Below are positions 10,789-24,285 of a stretch of 64,000 bases of DNA, piece after piece. Source of the stretch: Tubiluchus corallicola (Eukaryota > Animalia > Priapulida); contig JAQGDQ010000167.1 of NCBI GenBank assembly GCA_030141605.1, forward strand, positions 335,877 to 399,876, in the 5' to 3' direction. The notes below the pieces were generated by a model. It did not search any database. It was not told the origin of the DNA and saw nothing but the letters and a program-made list of their open reading frames with translations. Both the position numbers and the translations under genes were made by a program. Position 1 is the first letter of the stretch, and each line of letters begins with the position of its first letter.

Positions 10789-13110
10789 TTACTTGAACAA
10801 CATTTGGAAAGCATCAGTATTTGGCCGGTCAGTTGGTGAAGATGATGACCCAAAGTTGAATGTGAAGCCACTGTTGTTATCACTAATTTTAGGAGAACAG
10901 CTATCGCCTGAGCCAAACATGTTGAATGGTTGTGCATTATCAGAGTTAGTGCTAGCGCCACCTATAGTAGAATTAAACGTGTTGGCGAAAAATGACGGCA
11001 CAGCAGCCTGGTTTGTATTGCTATCAGTTGTTTCTCCAAAGGAAAATGGCTGTTTAGTCTGTGAAAAGTTAAAGAAATTTGTCGACCTGTCAGCATCTCC
11101 ACTTCCTTTTTCCACAGTACCTGAACGGAAAAATGGTGCTGCTTTAAACGTGAATTCCGGCGACTGGTGCAGTTGCTGCATTTGACCACGAAAATCGTCA
11201 AAAGACGTTGGACTAACGGACATTTCTGTCACAGTAGGAGGCAAGTCTGCAGGGCTTGCTGAAATGACTGGTGATATGGAGAAGTTACTTTCCATAGATA
11301 TATTCATCTCACCAAGTTCCCCTTGCACTTGTGTAGAAGGAACAGATATGGCTTCTTGCATCATTGGAATGTCAACAGGCTTACTAGTGTTGCCCTGTGT
11401 TTTAGCTGCGGAAGCTAGGGGTGGTGTAGGTTCAGCGCTCTTAGATTGTGCAAGAGAGCAAATTGTCATTGGTTCAATCTTTTGCTGTTCTTGCAATTGC
11501 TGCTGTTGTTGTTTCTGCTGATGCACTTCTAGTTGGCGCTCTGCAATAGCATTTTCCACAATTTCCGTGTATGGATAACCGTCAGGTTGGAGTGGCGCAT
11601 TTATTATGTCAATTTCCTTCCGCTTCTCAAAATGAAATTCCGAAACGCGCGTTGTAGACTGAGTAGGAGGTGCAAATTTTACTGGGAGGAAGGTTGGTAC
11701 AGAGAAAGGGTGAGATCCTCTAGTAAAGTGTCGGGATGTTACAACGGTAGAAGTTGTGGCAGGTGTTGAATTAGGGGGTCTTGCAGTGAAAGATTTCGCA
11801 CTGGTAGGAGATTGAAGTGGTGCAGAAGCAGTGGTATCCGTTGAGCTATCTGAAACGTTCATACTTTTACGGGACGAACTAACTGGTGTTGAGCTTGTGC
11901 CATTAAAAGAATTACCTGAAGGTTGCATTGTAAAGCCTGTGGTGCTGTTAGAAGAACGAAATGGTATTGACAACGTTGGAATGCTTCGCACATGTTGTGT
12001 TTTCACAAATGTTTTCTGCATTTTAATAGGAGTACCGGCACTGACAGCAGACATGGCTGCAGGGCGATTCTTACACAGGGATGACTGCTCTTGTGTACAG
12101 TTTTCTGTTTGTTCTGCTGCTTCAGGAGCAATAGTGGCAACATCTAGCAATGCCTCATTTTGAAAATGCTGAGGCTCAGTTGTGTTATCTTTAGCAGGCG
12201 GTATTGGAAATTGCTGTGGGATAGTGGCAACTGGGGACTGTGAAGATGGTGGATGTATTACAGTTTGCATTAAATTGGGATTATTCGAAACATCAATGCT
12301 AGGCTGGGTGGGTTCCAGCTGGGTGCCCATAATTTGTCCTGATTCAGCTAATTTCTCAGTGTTTCTTGTTATCTTGTCATTCTCTTGATCTAGCATTAAT
12401 TGTCTTTCGACTTTCAACTGCTTAGTTTCTTTTATTTTGAGGAAAAGTTCGTCAGATTTTTTCTGAAGCTGTTCAGTTTCTACATCAGCCTGCATAGAAG
12501 CAAAACGGAAGTTTGCAAGTTTTAGAATAAAGTCAGTCATCCCTATAAATGGCAGTCCATTTCCTTTTCCCAAGACTCTACGTAATACAGCAAGTCTGAA
12601 CTTGTTATCTTCCACAGCTTGTTTAAGTTCCCTTACTTGTTTTTGCTTTTCTCTTAGCTTTATTGTTAAGGGAAAAGATTCATACTTTTGCTCATACTTT
12701 TTCCAAATACCATCATAGTGATCGACTATCTTCTGCCTCTCAAGTGCTTCATTTTCCATGACTGCTTCCATACTTTCCCTTTTCTTGACAATCATGTTTA
12801 CATGTTCTTTCAGCAGCTCTATATTCTTTTTCAGACTTTCACGCATTTCCATATTGTTAGCAAACTGTTTGTATGCTATCTGTGTAGCGTCATCTAGCCT
12901 GGCAATATCAGCTTGTAGCTCTTTTATTTGTCTCTGCTTCTTATCAGCTTCTGCCTCAAGCGCTGCTGTAGCTTGCTGTTCTTCCTCAATGTTTTTTATG
13001 TGTTGTTCTTTTTCAAATTCTAAAGCCTTGACAATTTTGTCCAAAGCTGGGCTGTCGATGCTGTTCAGCATAGAAGAAAATTCGAACGTTGTCTTTGAAG
13101 TAGATTCCAT
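10789..13110 (-). CDS. SIX6OS1: SIX6OS1/C14orf39-like synaptonemal-complex central-element protein; intronless CDS, 773 aa from the ATG at 13110
   Basis: N-terminal coiled coil of about 250 aa with segments matching recalled human SIX6OS1 (YDGIWKKYEQKYESFPL vs YKEVLKQYQLKYSETPF; PFIGMTDFILKLANFR vs PFPSLTKWTLNIVNLR). Disordered S/T/P-rich middle; Phe-rich C-terminus (PFSFG, GFTFNFG, FQMLFK). Acceptor cttaccacag shortly upstream of the ATG. Confidence 0.68.
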   Translation of the reverse strand: MESTSKTTFEFSSMLNSIDSPALDKIVKALEFEKEQHIKNIEEEQQATAALEAEADKKQRQIKELQADIARLDDATQIAYKQFANNMEMRESLKKNIELLKEHVNMIVKKRESMEAVMENEALERQKIVDHYDGIWKKYEQKYESFPLTIKLREKQKQVRELKQAVEDNKFRLAVLRRVLGKGNGLPFIGMTDFILKLANFRFASMQADVETEQLQKKSDELFLKIKETKQLKVERQLMLDQENDKITRNTEKLAESGQIMGTQLEPTQPSIDVSNNPNLMQTVIHPPSSQSPVATIPQQFPIPPAKDNTTEPQHFQNEALLDVATIAPEAAEQTENCTQEQSSLCKNRPAAMSAVSAGTPIKMQKTFVKTQHVRSIPTLSIPFRSSNSTTGFTMQPSGNSFNGTSSTPVSSSRKSMNVSDSSTDTTASAPLQSPTSAKSFTARPPNSTPATTSTVVTSRHFTRGSHPFSVPTFLPVKFAPPTQSTTRVSEFHFEKRKEIDIINAPLQPDGYPYTEIVENAIAERQLEVHQQKQQQQQLQEQQKIEPMTICSLAQSKSAEPTPPLASAAKTQGNTSKPVDIPMMQEAISVPSTQVQGELGEMNISMESNFSISPVISASPADLPPTVTEMSVSPTSFDDFRGQMQQLHQSPEFTFKAAPFFRSGTVEKGSGDADRSTNFFNFSQTKQPFSFGETTDSNTNQAAVPSFFANTFNSTIGGASTNSDNAQPFNMFGSGDSCSPKISDNNSGFTFNFGSSSSPTDRPNTDAFQMLFK

Positions 13111-13859
13111 TCTTGAAAAACTCAAATCTAGCTGTGGTAAGTGTGACAGCTTAAAAGAAGGTCAAAGTACCAACATGGTCAAAAAATAAAGAATTTCAGC
13201 CAACCAATGTTACTGAAATAGAAAATGTCATAAACCATTATTCTAAATCACAGTTGTTGTCTTGACTGATAAGAAAAAGGAAACAATTCATCCTGCTAGT
13301 ATATTATTATTAATTAATAAGTTCTTCATTTTAGCAAGTCACTTAAATTAATCGTATCCGATGGGTGGTAGCTTACATTGTCAGTTTATATTTAACAGCA
13401 GCAGGGCGAAATTATTAAAAATAAAAACTTGAACAATGAGCACAAAATTTAATGATTAACTTAGTTTCATAACAATACAAAAACACACTAATCATTAATC
13501 GCTGACCTTTGATCACATTGTACAATTGAATGTCATACTTGCTTGCAGCAAAGTCTAAGAGACCTAACCACAACAGGGTTATTGCCGGTCTCTCCTCAAC
13601 AATTTGCGAAATTGCGGTAGATTGATGAGTCAACTGTTTCACTATTAAGTGAATTCCAAGGGCCCATAACATGAGAAGAGAAGAAATGAGCTCTGATGTT
13701 ACTACCTACTGCACAAATAATTTAGAATTGTGTCCAGGTAAGTCACGTAGTGGTCTAGAAAAAATTTATCACTACGCAAAATAGAACTACTACTAATGTA
13801 ATGACTTTATAACAGTTAATAAGATCTATAGTATCACGGCGTTGTTCAAGAGAAGATAC

Positions 13860-14030
13860 AGTCAAGCTGAATATCAGAGGCCAGACTAATACATCTCCAT
13901 TGAGTTTTTTCTAAAGCATTTTTAAGAGTAACATACTGTGGTGACAAACAACGCATGCATATTCCAGAATTGGCCTTACTACAGCTTTATAAAGAGGTAC
14001 AATAACTTTTGCACTACGTGATGAAATGCA
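13860..14030 (-). mobile_element. LINE ORF2 C-terminal fragment
   Basis: Minus strand reads LYKAVVRPILEYACVV, typical of the post-RT region of CR1/L2-like LINEs. Confidence 0.6.
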
Positions 14031-14667
14031 GCATAATCATCACACCAATTGCGATCGCTGTCTCACTTGATTTAAAAATATTAAAAGTTGAGATAGAATG
14101 ATGATGATGAGGTAACAAAATTTTACAAAAAAACTCCTAGCAGTAAGCCACCTACCCAGTGACACTGGCATTATTAGACGACGGAGTCCCGGAACTGCCG
14201 TGAAATTTCAGACAAAGTGGCGCACCTGAAAAATAATTTCCATACCAAGTTTATAAATGTATTTGCAAAAGAGGATTGCCATCCTTTCATGATCCCGACT
14301 GCTTAAGACAGCTAAAACTGCCATTTCTAGCATGCACACGAAAGAGAGAGAAATAATAGAGGCTTATAAAATCCTGGCGCACAGTCTTCGTCCTGGATAA
14401 GGTGGTATAACTGACCTTAAGAAAGCAGCTGATCCATAGTTCGCAACTTTTTGCTACACGCTTCTAGATGGCGCTACGGTCGATTACTGGTCCATGGTAC
14501 GGATAAGCATGGCACCAAAAAAACAAAAGCAAGGAAAATTTGCTATTATTACTGCTGGCATTAAAGATCTCTATGTTGATCCATTTAAATGGTAGTGCTT
14601 TACTCTGCTAATGTTTTGTGCTTGCGCACTTTTAAATTTAAACTTTTACTTAATTGTCAACCATCAG

Positions 14668-15450
14668 GGCTTTTGCCCTCTGTTCTTTCTCATCTACATT
14701 AAAGATTTGCCTCTTCGTTCTAACTCAAACACTCGACTCTTCGCCGACGACACGAGTTTCTTTCTATCAGACACCAATTTACATTATCGCCAAAATCGAA
14801 CTAATTCCGAATTATTAAAAGTCAATAATAGGATGTTAGCCAACAGCCTGTCAGTAAATTTAACAAAAACCAAGTACATGCTAATTGGAAGGAACATATC
14901 ACGAAATGAGAATTTGCTCTTTAATTTAAAAATAGGTAACCATAGCTCAAACCAACTGCATTACGTACCTTGGGTTTCAAATTGATAGTAATATGAAATG
15001 GAAAACTCATATTAATACTATAACAACAAAACTAAGTAAGACTGCTGGTATATTTGCAAAACTACGTTACTTTATTAATATGCCAATCCTCATAATGATA
15101 TATTACGCTTTAGTGTATCCCTATTTACAGGTGCTGCGTGCTGTGCTGTGGAAAAACTAAGCAATGTATACTACAACCACTTACCACCTTGCAAAACAAA
15201 ATTGTTAAATTAATTACATTCTCACATTACACGGCACATGCTATACCTTCGTATAAACAGTTAAATATACTAAAAGTTCGTGATATATATAGTTTGGAAC
15301 TCTTTAAATTTATGTACAGGTACAACACAGGCACTTTGCCAGGTATATATAAGAACTACTTTTTAAAAATAAACGAAGTCCATTCATACTCCACAAGATT
15401 CTCAAAAAAAAGGTTTCTATCCTCAAAAAAATACCATAAGGGAAGGCACG
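14668..15450 (+). mobile_element. Degenerate non-LTR retrotransposon RT fragment (CR1/L2-like)
   Basis: PLFFLIYIKDLP...RLFADDTS RT core, then N.L.VN.TKTKYM and LQNKIVKLI; frameshifted. Confidence 0.88.
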
Positions 15451-16432
15451 AAACTCTCAAAAAATTTACTAGAATGGACAGTAACATACTAACCTAAGGA
15501 TAGTAGCTGGAATCTGAATCACGACATTCAAATCTGTATCATTGTTATGTGGAATAATTCACCAGTGCCGAAGTGATGTCATTTCTTATAGACAGATATT
15601 TTCTGCTTTATTTATATAGCCTAGATACATTTTCTCGTTTTATGAGTATTTTCCAATAACAGTTTTCCTGCGTTTCAGGTCAGTGGTAAAAAGTGTAGCA
15701 TTATTTGCTGTGGGCATATGGGCAGCGCGGGAACTTGCCGACGTTGATCTGATGGAACCACCACCGCCTTAAACATGTTCATAGGTGAAAATGCAGCCTT
15801 ATACATCCTAGTAAGAAAATCTTCAGCATTTCTAATATTTATAGCCAAAAATTTGCATATTGTAACCAGTTCTTTTCTCTTTAATTCAAATAAGTGTAGC
15901 ATGTTTCCTATATCACTAGGTTATTGCAACATTTGGTGGAAGAAAATTCAGAATAGAGCAGCCCTAGTTTTTTTACAAAACTTTGGATAGGTTCTTGTGG
16001 TTTTAGCGTTAAGTTAACGGTATTCTTGACTACAGTGGAGCATTTAAAAAAATTTATTACCCGGATAACATGCATCATTAATAATCATTTTTGCCTCTTT
16101 GCGACGCCTATTTCGTATAGATTGCTGTTCAGTTCCTATTATTTTTGAAACGGATTTCTGATCAGCATTGCGATCTCCTTGCGTGGTAGCGCCATATCAA
16201 ACCTTGTGGGTTGTTGTTAAGATAAAAACTCTCCATCACAGGGGCGATGTTGAGTGATTTAATTTGTCTTAAAAATGCAGATGCTGGTGAGCCGTTATTA
16301 TACGTTATTGTTATAGTGAGATGACTTCTCAAAAAATTAGAATGTACAGTAAATTATATTTCTCTTGCATACAGCTGCATTGAATGCTTTGTCAGATGAA
16401 GTAGTCAAAGCAAGGACTAGAAAATTGTTTAA

Positions 16433-16982
16433 AGGAAAACTTGAGCCAATGTTAAACAGCACCTCAAAACAATCAAAACTATAAAATATTGAAAAGGAAT
16501 ACTAGTTTTTCAGGAATGACTTACGTGAAAGAATTATTATCACAGAAGTGTAATTTTGGGTTAACTCTTCGCTGTCATCAGCGCCTACATCTCGGAAACG
16601 TATTGCACAAAAAACGTGCTGTACTTCTTAGTTCACAAATGTTCCATTGTGGCATACAACGCGTTTGGGAGCTCATGCGTGAGGATAGCGATAAATTGGA
16701 AATTTGCCAAGTTTTTGCATATCACACTAAATTTGTACAGTAGCACTGCAGGTCAAATTTCGCTTTTGCAAACACTCGACATTGTCATGGAATGTTTGTG
16801 CTGTTAAAAATCATGTTCACTTGTGATGTCATTACTAGCTGGGCTGGCCCATCATTAATTAAGATCTTAACCTATTATTTAATTATCAGAAACGCTTTGG
16901 CATTATTCTATGTGTTAAAATGTATACTTTTTGCTGTACTTCAAAATAAGGTAGGATATGAAGAAAATTTCCATTTTCTTTT
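16433..16982. mobile_element. Kolobok/T2-type MITE family A
   Basis: TTAA-AGGAAAAC start at 16429; colinear with the other family A copies. Confidence 0.78.
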
Positions 16983-17169
16983 CAGGTTACAGGAGCTGCT
17001 GATACAAATACCATAAAGCAGTTTCTGAAGCATATGATTTTAAGATGGTTATATGTATTTAGGCCAAATGATTAGTTTGTGTACATTATGCTGTTAAAGA
17101 ATGTGCAAAACTGTACACCTCTAGTGTCCTGGTTCAAGTATTTCTTCCCGCTTTTTACTTTATAAAGGC

Positions 17170-17575
17170 GTTTGCAATAGATTAAAGCTACAAATTACAA
17201 AATTACATGTTGCCTTATGACTAGTTGATGAAATATTGTAGTTTATCTGTTCTATTTTGAGTCTAATGAGTCTTAAATTTTGTTTTGTTTATTTTGATTT
17301 TGTATATTTTATATTTACCATTACTCATACTGCTACATGTCTGCTGCATGAATTTTGTGTAATTTATTATAAAGCTAACCCTAATCTAATTATAAATTAA
17401 TTATGAACTTCTTTTTGTTTGCCGCATGTTGAACATCTTGATAAGGGTGGCTGACTCGATAACGTTGGTTTTTCGCCACCCTTTTCCCTTTCTATTAGTT
17501 ATTTACATTATTTTTGTTATTTGTCGTTGTTATTATGGGAAAAAATAAAAAAATCCAAATCTGAATCTGAAATCT
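17170..17575 (+). mobile_element. LINE 3' end with stem-loop and short-repeat tail
   Basis: AAGGGTGGC...GCCACCCTT hairpin at about 17443-17483, then AATAAA and an (AATCTG)-type tail. May belong to the RT fragment at 14668. Confidence 0.5.
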
Positions 17576-20500
17576 AATGTGTATTTGTTTGTAGGTGGTT
17601 GTGGTCTCGGACCTCTTCAGTTAGGACACTCTTATTAGACAATTCGTGCAGTTCATGTGTTAGAAGAATCAATGTATTGGAAAGCTTCATGAAACGGATT
17701 GGAGTAACTGCTTCATCAATGAGGCTTGTGATTTTTAAACTATAAGTTAAAAAATAAGTGTTAGTCACACTTGTTATTTTCTTCATCACTTATAAAATTT
17801 TGAAAAAAACCAAAATCCTTTTTTTATAGTACGTTTAAATGTTGTATTGCCATTGTAAATAATTCAAAAGTATATATGTGTATGTATACACAACATTTGA
17901 TATACCACATCAATAAATATATTAATGTAAATTGGTTAATTACGTTATGTGAATTTGTTTTGAATAAGTAAATTCACCGAGATTAGACCCGTTAAAGATA
18001 AAACAAAGGATTGTAATATTTTAAGAATGATTTGTGTTTAAAATTCACGTCATGCATAAAACTTGAAGTCAAAGTCATTTAACATCAAACTGTAATTGAC
18101 GACATCAGTGCATCGTCTTTTGCGAGTTACGGGTTCTAAGGACAAGCTCACGGTAATTTTTTGTGCGACTGAAAATACATAAATTTATACCGATATTAAA
18201 TGTTGTTTGAACGAATAGCCAATGCGACCACCTTCTTCCTTGCGAACTTGTCTTCATCACGTCTCATACAATTAGATGTGCTTTTGAGCACGACGTTCTC
18301 AACCGTTTTCTTTATTTTCTCCTAATGCTTATTTTCTGCAACTTTTTCTTGTCTTATCAAGTGACTTTACACTAAATAGGCCATTGGATTACAATCGGAT
18401 GTTAAGGCAACATTTCATGCTTTAGATGAAATTAAAGTTTTCTTTCAAAAGATTACTTTATGTTCAGTCTGAGAAAAAGCAGTGTGTAATTACCTATCGT
18501 TGGCAATGCTGTTGCACGTAAAAAAGGCACCATTGTTGTTAAGCTCTCTTCCAACATACTATTTTACATGGATATTTTTGATTTTTTTGCTCAGTGTGAC
18601 AGACCAGAAGGACAAAGGTTTTGTACCATTAGTAAATAATTAGTACTGTTATCCAAACACTAGCACTAAGCACTAGCAATATAAACCTGGCTACTATAGG
18701 AAAAAACTTGGAATTAAGTGAAGTTTATGCTGGGTTGTCTGATATAAGTGAAAATTTTTAAAATTGCGACTTCGCCTTTTGAATTTTACATTTGATTTTT
18801 TTTGGCATTGACTAGTTTCTTCAAACCTGAGAAAAACAGTTGAGTATTTGGGTGCATTTCGTATTAATTTTCATGACTTTGTTTGGTACTAGTTTTTTAA
18901 TAATGGACAGTTATAAAGCAGTGACAAAAAGCACAAGGCTCTAAACGTGTGAAATTGTATAAACAGGTTTATTGGGATTCAACCATTGGGGCACTGAAAA
19001 CACGTAAAGTTGCAAAGTCAAAATTGTGACATTTACTAGTAAATAGTTATCATCATGGAAATAAAACAGTTCGTCGAAGTACATTTTGCAGTTTTTAGCA
19101 CAATCACAGTAACCAAAATTGCAAACTTCATCACAACTATTTTGCAAAATAGCCACTCAGATACAAAGTAAAATAATTTCAATTTTCCACATATCAGTAG
19201 CACTTGTTTAACTGTATTCTTTCTTAAAGAAATGAAATTTTCAGCCTTTGCATTCGTGTATTTTCTTACATTTTTAATGGCAAGAATTATTCACTCACAT
19301 AATTAGCATTTGCACCAGTTAATGTCATCTTTGGAAAGAATCGTAAGTAACATTCTTGAAAAGTTTATAACATTATCAATAATAACAGAGAAACAAAAGA
19401 GAAAAAAGTAGGAAGTATTAAAAGCGCTATGATACTAAATGTCAAAAATAGTTGCTGTTATAATAATAACGATCCAGCAACTGTAAAGTCAAGAAACCTT
19501 ATTTACAATTGAAACCTTTAACACGATTATTATTAGGTTATTTACAACAATTATAATAAATTATTAAATACGATTAACAAGATTTTGAAGCAACTTGTAT
19601 ATATTTTAACTAGGAAAGGCTGATTGGGTGAAACCCTGCTTCAAAGCAGAAATGGGATGCAATTCAGCATAGCAAAATAAGTACTACAGTGTTTTTGCTA
19701 AAAATATGAAGTAACATTAACTGAAGCAGAAATTTTGTTGAACATAACTTATATTATTAAAGTTTCGTGTAATGACTGTCCGTTAATGTAACTGTCAAAT
19801 CAAAAGTAAAAAAAGTGAAACAATCTAAATGTTTGAGCTGCCTGGTTGTTATCCATATACAATCCAATTCTTGCTTTGAAAGTAAACCTCTTACGCCATA
19901 GTTTATAGCACAAGTATTTTCAAATATTTAACAATTACAGCAAATAGGAGCTAACAAATCAAATGCGCTCATATTTACTCTGTTAACAACTATGGGCACA
20001 AAAATTGCCACTATTCTACTATGCAAAAAACATTAACAGTTCAATGGAATGATTGGTAAAACAATGGCAAAAACATGCAGAGTTAAAAGGCAGAAAGAGG
20101 CTTTGCAAATATTTATACAACTGTAACATTTAATCACTGTTACCAGGCCTTGGCCTCTATGTCCCTTGCATCGTTTACATACCTGAAGTGGGTAAGAATA
20201 AAAATCACACACAGGGAAGTAATATTTATCACAAGGAAACTGCCCGCTTTCTTACGGACTTTTGCTATGTACATTGTACATAATTATTAACAAGCAAAAA
20301 AATTAATATAAACCACACTGTCTTAAATGTCATTTCTAGATTGTCTGACTGGAATAATGAATGTAGAAATTAGACTAGTTAGATTGTGTGTGAGCTTTTA
20401 CACAGGCATACATATTACAAGCTGTGGAAGGAATTCTTTTTTTAGTGTATCGGAAACTCCTCTTCGGGAAGCATGTAATCACCAATGAATTTTAATAATT

Positions 20501-23319
20501 GACCTAACTACATAATCATGACAAGAAGACTGTTTTACAATTTAGAAATAAGAGTTATTAACAACTAAATAACTTCCTTTGAACCTCTGTATCTTTGAAT
20601 GTCTTTGAAAACCTCTGAAGCTTTAAATGTCTGTCCTTAATTTAAAGTACAGTATATGTATCAGACAGCAAATTATGGCTTATCCGACACGTGTTTTCAA
20701 AGTGCAAATCACGAATATTGTCTACTTTTAACTCTCAGTCTTTTATTTTTTGCTTTGGTTATTAGTTTTATCAAGAATTGCAGAGAATGTGTTCCTAACG
20801 AGACGCTTGCTTTTGACTTGCTGTATAGGATGACTAACATACAGAAGCATTGTTTGCCTTTCCTCATCCACATTATTCCAAGATTTTCCCACTGGCCCAA
20901 TTACCACGAAATGTTTGCGATTTAATCACAACTACATGTTGAAAATACGAGTTTAGACCATGGAGATTTCAGAAGATTCACTTGAATTAGATTGCCGTTC
21001 TTTTAGTTTCAATAAATAAACAGCCTTAAAGCCATCTTTACCTTGTTGAACATTAAGGAAGCACTGTTGAAATTCTTGCTTATTTGTTAATTTTTTTTTA
21101 ATTTGATCAATTTTGAATTGATTGTCAAATTACAGTAAGTCCTCTCTTAATGATGCATCATTTAATGATTTAGTGATGATTTAGTTAATGACAAACGTTT
21201 CATATTGAAAATGAAATTTTTTACCTTTAAGAGCTGAAATTTTATTTCTTGTCTTTTCATAGTATAAAGAGATAACTGTTAACAAAGTAGCTAAAGCTTC
21301 GATGTGACAATGTGCAGTACTGATTGATTTATATCAGTCTGTCAGGTGCTGACATGGCACACCTTTATATTACATGCTTTATTGCTTGACATTGGCCCAG
21401 GTGACAAACCTAGGCCTCAGGTACCTGAGCCAAATATTATTGAGTTTTGCCTCTGAAACACATCTTGCAATGTTTAAGTTGTTTTTCTCTGTCTGCAGCA
21501 TGTATGGCTTCTTTTAACAATGTTAACACCACATTTTGCACGAATGCTTAGCATAGCTAAACAAGAACTCACTATACATAATAAAAGCTTTTACAACTTT
21601 AAGACTGTTAACAATGAGCTCACTATCCGACTGTTTTACTGCATTCCATCTTTGAAAGGAAATAAATAAGACTTTTTGAAAGAATTGTTATCACTTTTTG
21701 CTGCAAATTTTCCTTCTTAGTAGCATACCAAGGAACTGGGCTACATGTACGTAGTTTAACCCATCAGCTTAAGTCGGCCAATTTTTGCATTTGTCAACTG
21801 AGCATTGCAGCACCTTAAATACACATAAAACAGATGGTCACACGGCAAACAGACAGGAAAAATTGAAGATGGTACCTGAGAGAGGTCTATTGATGAGAAC
21901 TAGTGTGTTCTTGAAATGTCACCTTTTAATAATAACTAAATTGTTATTAACATAATATTGTGTAATTTTGAGCTAAAAATGTTTGTTTTTGCTCACAAAG
22001 ATCTTCGTTATAATGGCACTTCCTTTTGAGGCTCATTTTTATTGCCGCACTTGGGAAAACGTTTCTAGAGGAAAGCATGTGAGAAGCGTCCCTTAGAAAT
22101 GTTATTTTAATCTAGCAAAAATTATAAAATTGACATGCAGAAAGAAGTCACCAGTAGTCAATGTTTCACCCTTGATCTGCTGAGGCATTTCGCAATACCC
22201 TGATGTGTCCAACAGCCTTCTGATGCTGCGTATTATTTCAAAGCCTGGCCAGCTGCCTGGGCGTAATGTTACAGATTCAAATGGACTATGCTTTGCAAAA
22301 ACTTTAAAATTGGAAACTGTGTTTTCTGGACAGTTCTTGTAATGTCTGTAGGGCAGTACACCTTAATTCTGTGGCACTTGCAAAGGAACTTATTATGGCA
22401 CTTGGGAATATTGCACATATTCATGATACGTTGGCACATTTTCGTAGGGCTTCTTATTCTAATATGCAGGAGTTAGTGGCTTTCTTTTCTTGAAAAATGA
22501 CTGTGTTTTGATGCATGTCTTCTGTATAACATGCTTACAAACTTTGAAATCCCGATGAACATGACGTGACATTCTGGGTATGAACTGGTGGCTGAATGAG
22601 CGTAATTGATATATGCCGTTGCTGCCTTTTAGCAAGTTGACTTTTCTGTAGCATTTACGTCGGAAATGTTTCATGTAATTTCATTCCATATTACAGCTAC
22701 GGTTGTTTACTGCAGAAAATTCAATTTATGGCATCTTAACGTTTGGCATTTGTGCAAGATCCCCTGACAGCTTTCATTAGTGACAAATAAAAACATAGTG
22801 ATAAGAGTTTCACAGATGCTCAACAGCAGCATTGGAGCATAATTAGACATTGCTGTAAATGCATGCATTTGTGCAGAGACTCCTGGTGGGAATAATTCAT
22901 ATAACTTTTACATGTCAGCAGATTCCATTCCCAGGAAATTTAATTTTCAAACTCATGACATTAAATTTCTGTGGATGCTCATGTTGCTGTGGTAACTTGG
23001 CTCATCTAAACCAGAGTTGGTTTTGGGAACTGGGATTCCTCTTGGCTTTTTTGCCGAGGTATAATTCCGTTACACGGCTTGCGGAAGAATCTGTAGTTGG
23101 CACGCTTCATCATTATGCCTCCATTATGAAAACATAACAGTTACATCAGTTTTCATACATTCATTAGTACCAGGCACTTGGTGGAATAGCCAGTACCTGA
23201 TGTGGAGTCTTTTCCACACACTTCACCTGTAAGCGTCCGATATTTTGTTCATCATTTTTTGCATTGCTTTTCGTGAACTGATTTCGTGTTCAGTTGCCCG
23301 AAGCAACACTATACTGTTG

Positions 23320-23489
23320 TTATAAAGTAGATATGCGCACTATATTTGGTTGTCCTGGCGAAGCAGTGCTGCAGGTAGATGGGGTACGCAACGAGTCATC
23401 TCCCTCGGATGCGGGTGTTGGTAAGGTAATGACGGCTGTAACAGTGGTTGCTTGCATGTTGTTAACTGTACTATTACTGTTGTTACTGC
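23320..23489 (-). CDS. KCND: Kv4/Shal channel, last coding exon (GSNNSNS...VTAVITLPTPASEGDD...NIVRISTL*)
   Basis: Acceptor tacttgacag, phase 1. Matches the recalled vertebrate Kv4 tail (VTTAIISIPTP..EGDD..NIVRVSAL); ends in a class I PDZ-binding motif S-T-L. Confidence 0.92.
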
Positions 23490-24161
23490 CTGTCAAGTAC
23501 AAAAATGTTATCATTTTATATTTATCTAAATATAGTATAGGTTACAATAAAAATCACCTAAAAGTTCCTTAAACATTGCAAACTACGCAGAATTTGATGC
23601 TGATTTTGCTTCCAAAGTACGAATAGCTTTCTTACTTTGAAATAGCTGTGCTGTTAAGCGCTTAGCATAAATGAGTCATCAGGAGCGTATCAAGACTTAT
23701 CGACGCCCTAAGTTGATAGCTCTGTCTCGCCCATCTTATTGTAAATTTATGATCGTTTACGTAATGGGCAGATTAAACAATTACTGGGTGGTGTATTAGA
23801 AACACTATTAACCTAGTTTCAACATGGTCATTATTAATTACATGTATTTGCATAGCGCTTATATTCAAGCTGGCTGCGCATGTGCTTGTAATACTTTGCA
23901 TCTAATCGCTATGTGGTACTTATATGAAAGTTGCGCTTAGTAACTGCCTGTGGTGGATTGCAAAATGCGCTCTTTATATGATTATGAAAGTATACTTAGT
24001 TTCCGAGGAGAATAAGATTTTTTTTCTAAAACGTGATGCCCCTAAAACTTTGGCGCCCTAGCCTATAGCCTAGTTAGCCTATTGGTTCATATGCCCCTGT
24101 GAGTCATTATAATGTTGGGTTGTCCCGTTTACTTCATAAAATAGTACATAATTTAACAAAC

Positions 24162-24285
24162 CTAGTTGTGCAGGCTTTGATGATATAGGGATTGCGTTAA
24201 GGCTTGAGCGCGATGAATGATGTGGATTTGATGTTAACGGTGTCTGGACATCGTTGTCAGATGCTGGTGTCGAATCACGTTCGCT
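24162..24285 (-). CDS. KCND: Kv4/Shal exon, 124 nt (SERDSTP...HSSRSSLNAIP...QL)
   Basis: Acceptor cattttcag, donor G|gtttgt; phases 0/1 fit both neighbours; contains the Kv4 SRSSLNA motif. Not in the ORF track. Confidence 0.88.

Noticed and set aside
10766-13189. Plus-strand ORFs overlapping the SIX6OS1-like gene, and similar shadow ORFs over 49-1011 and 5924-8518
   Set aside because: Antisense or alternative-frame shadows of real coding sequence with no independent motifs.
15600-16300. Possible decayed transposon coding fragment
   Set aside because: No motif I can identify with confidence and frames are broken; would need BLASTX.
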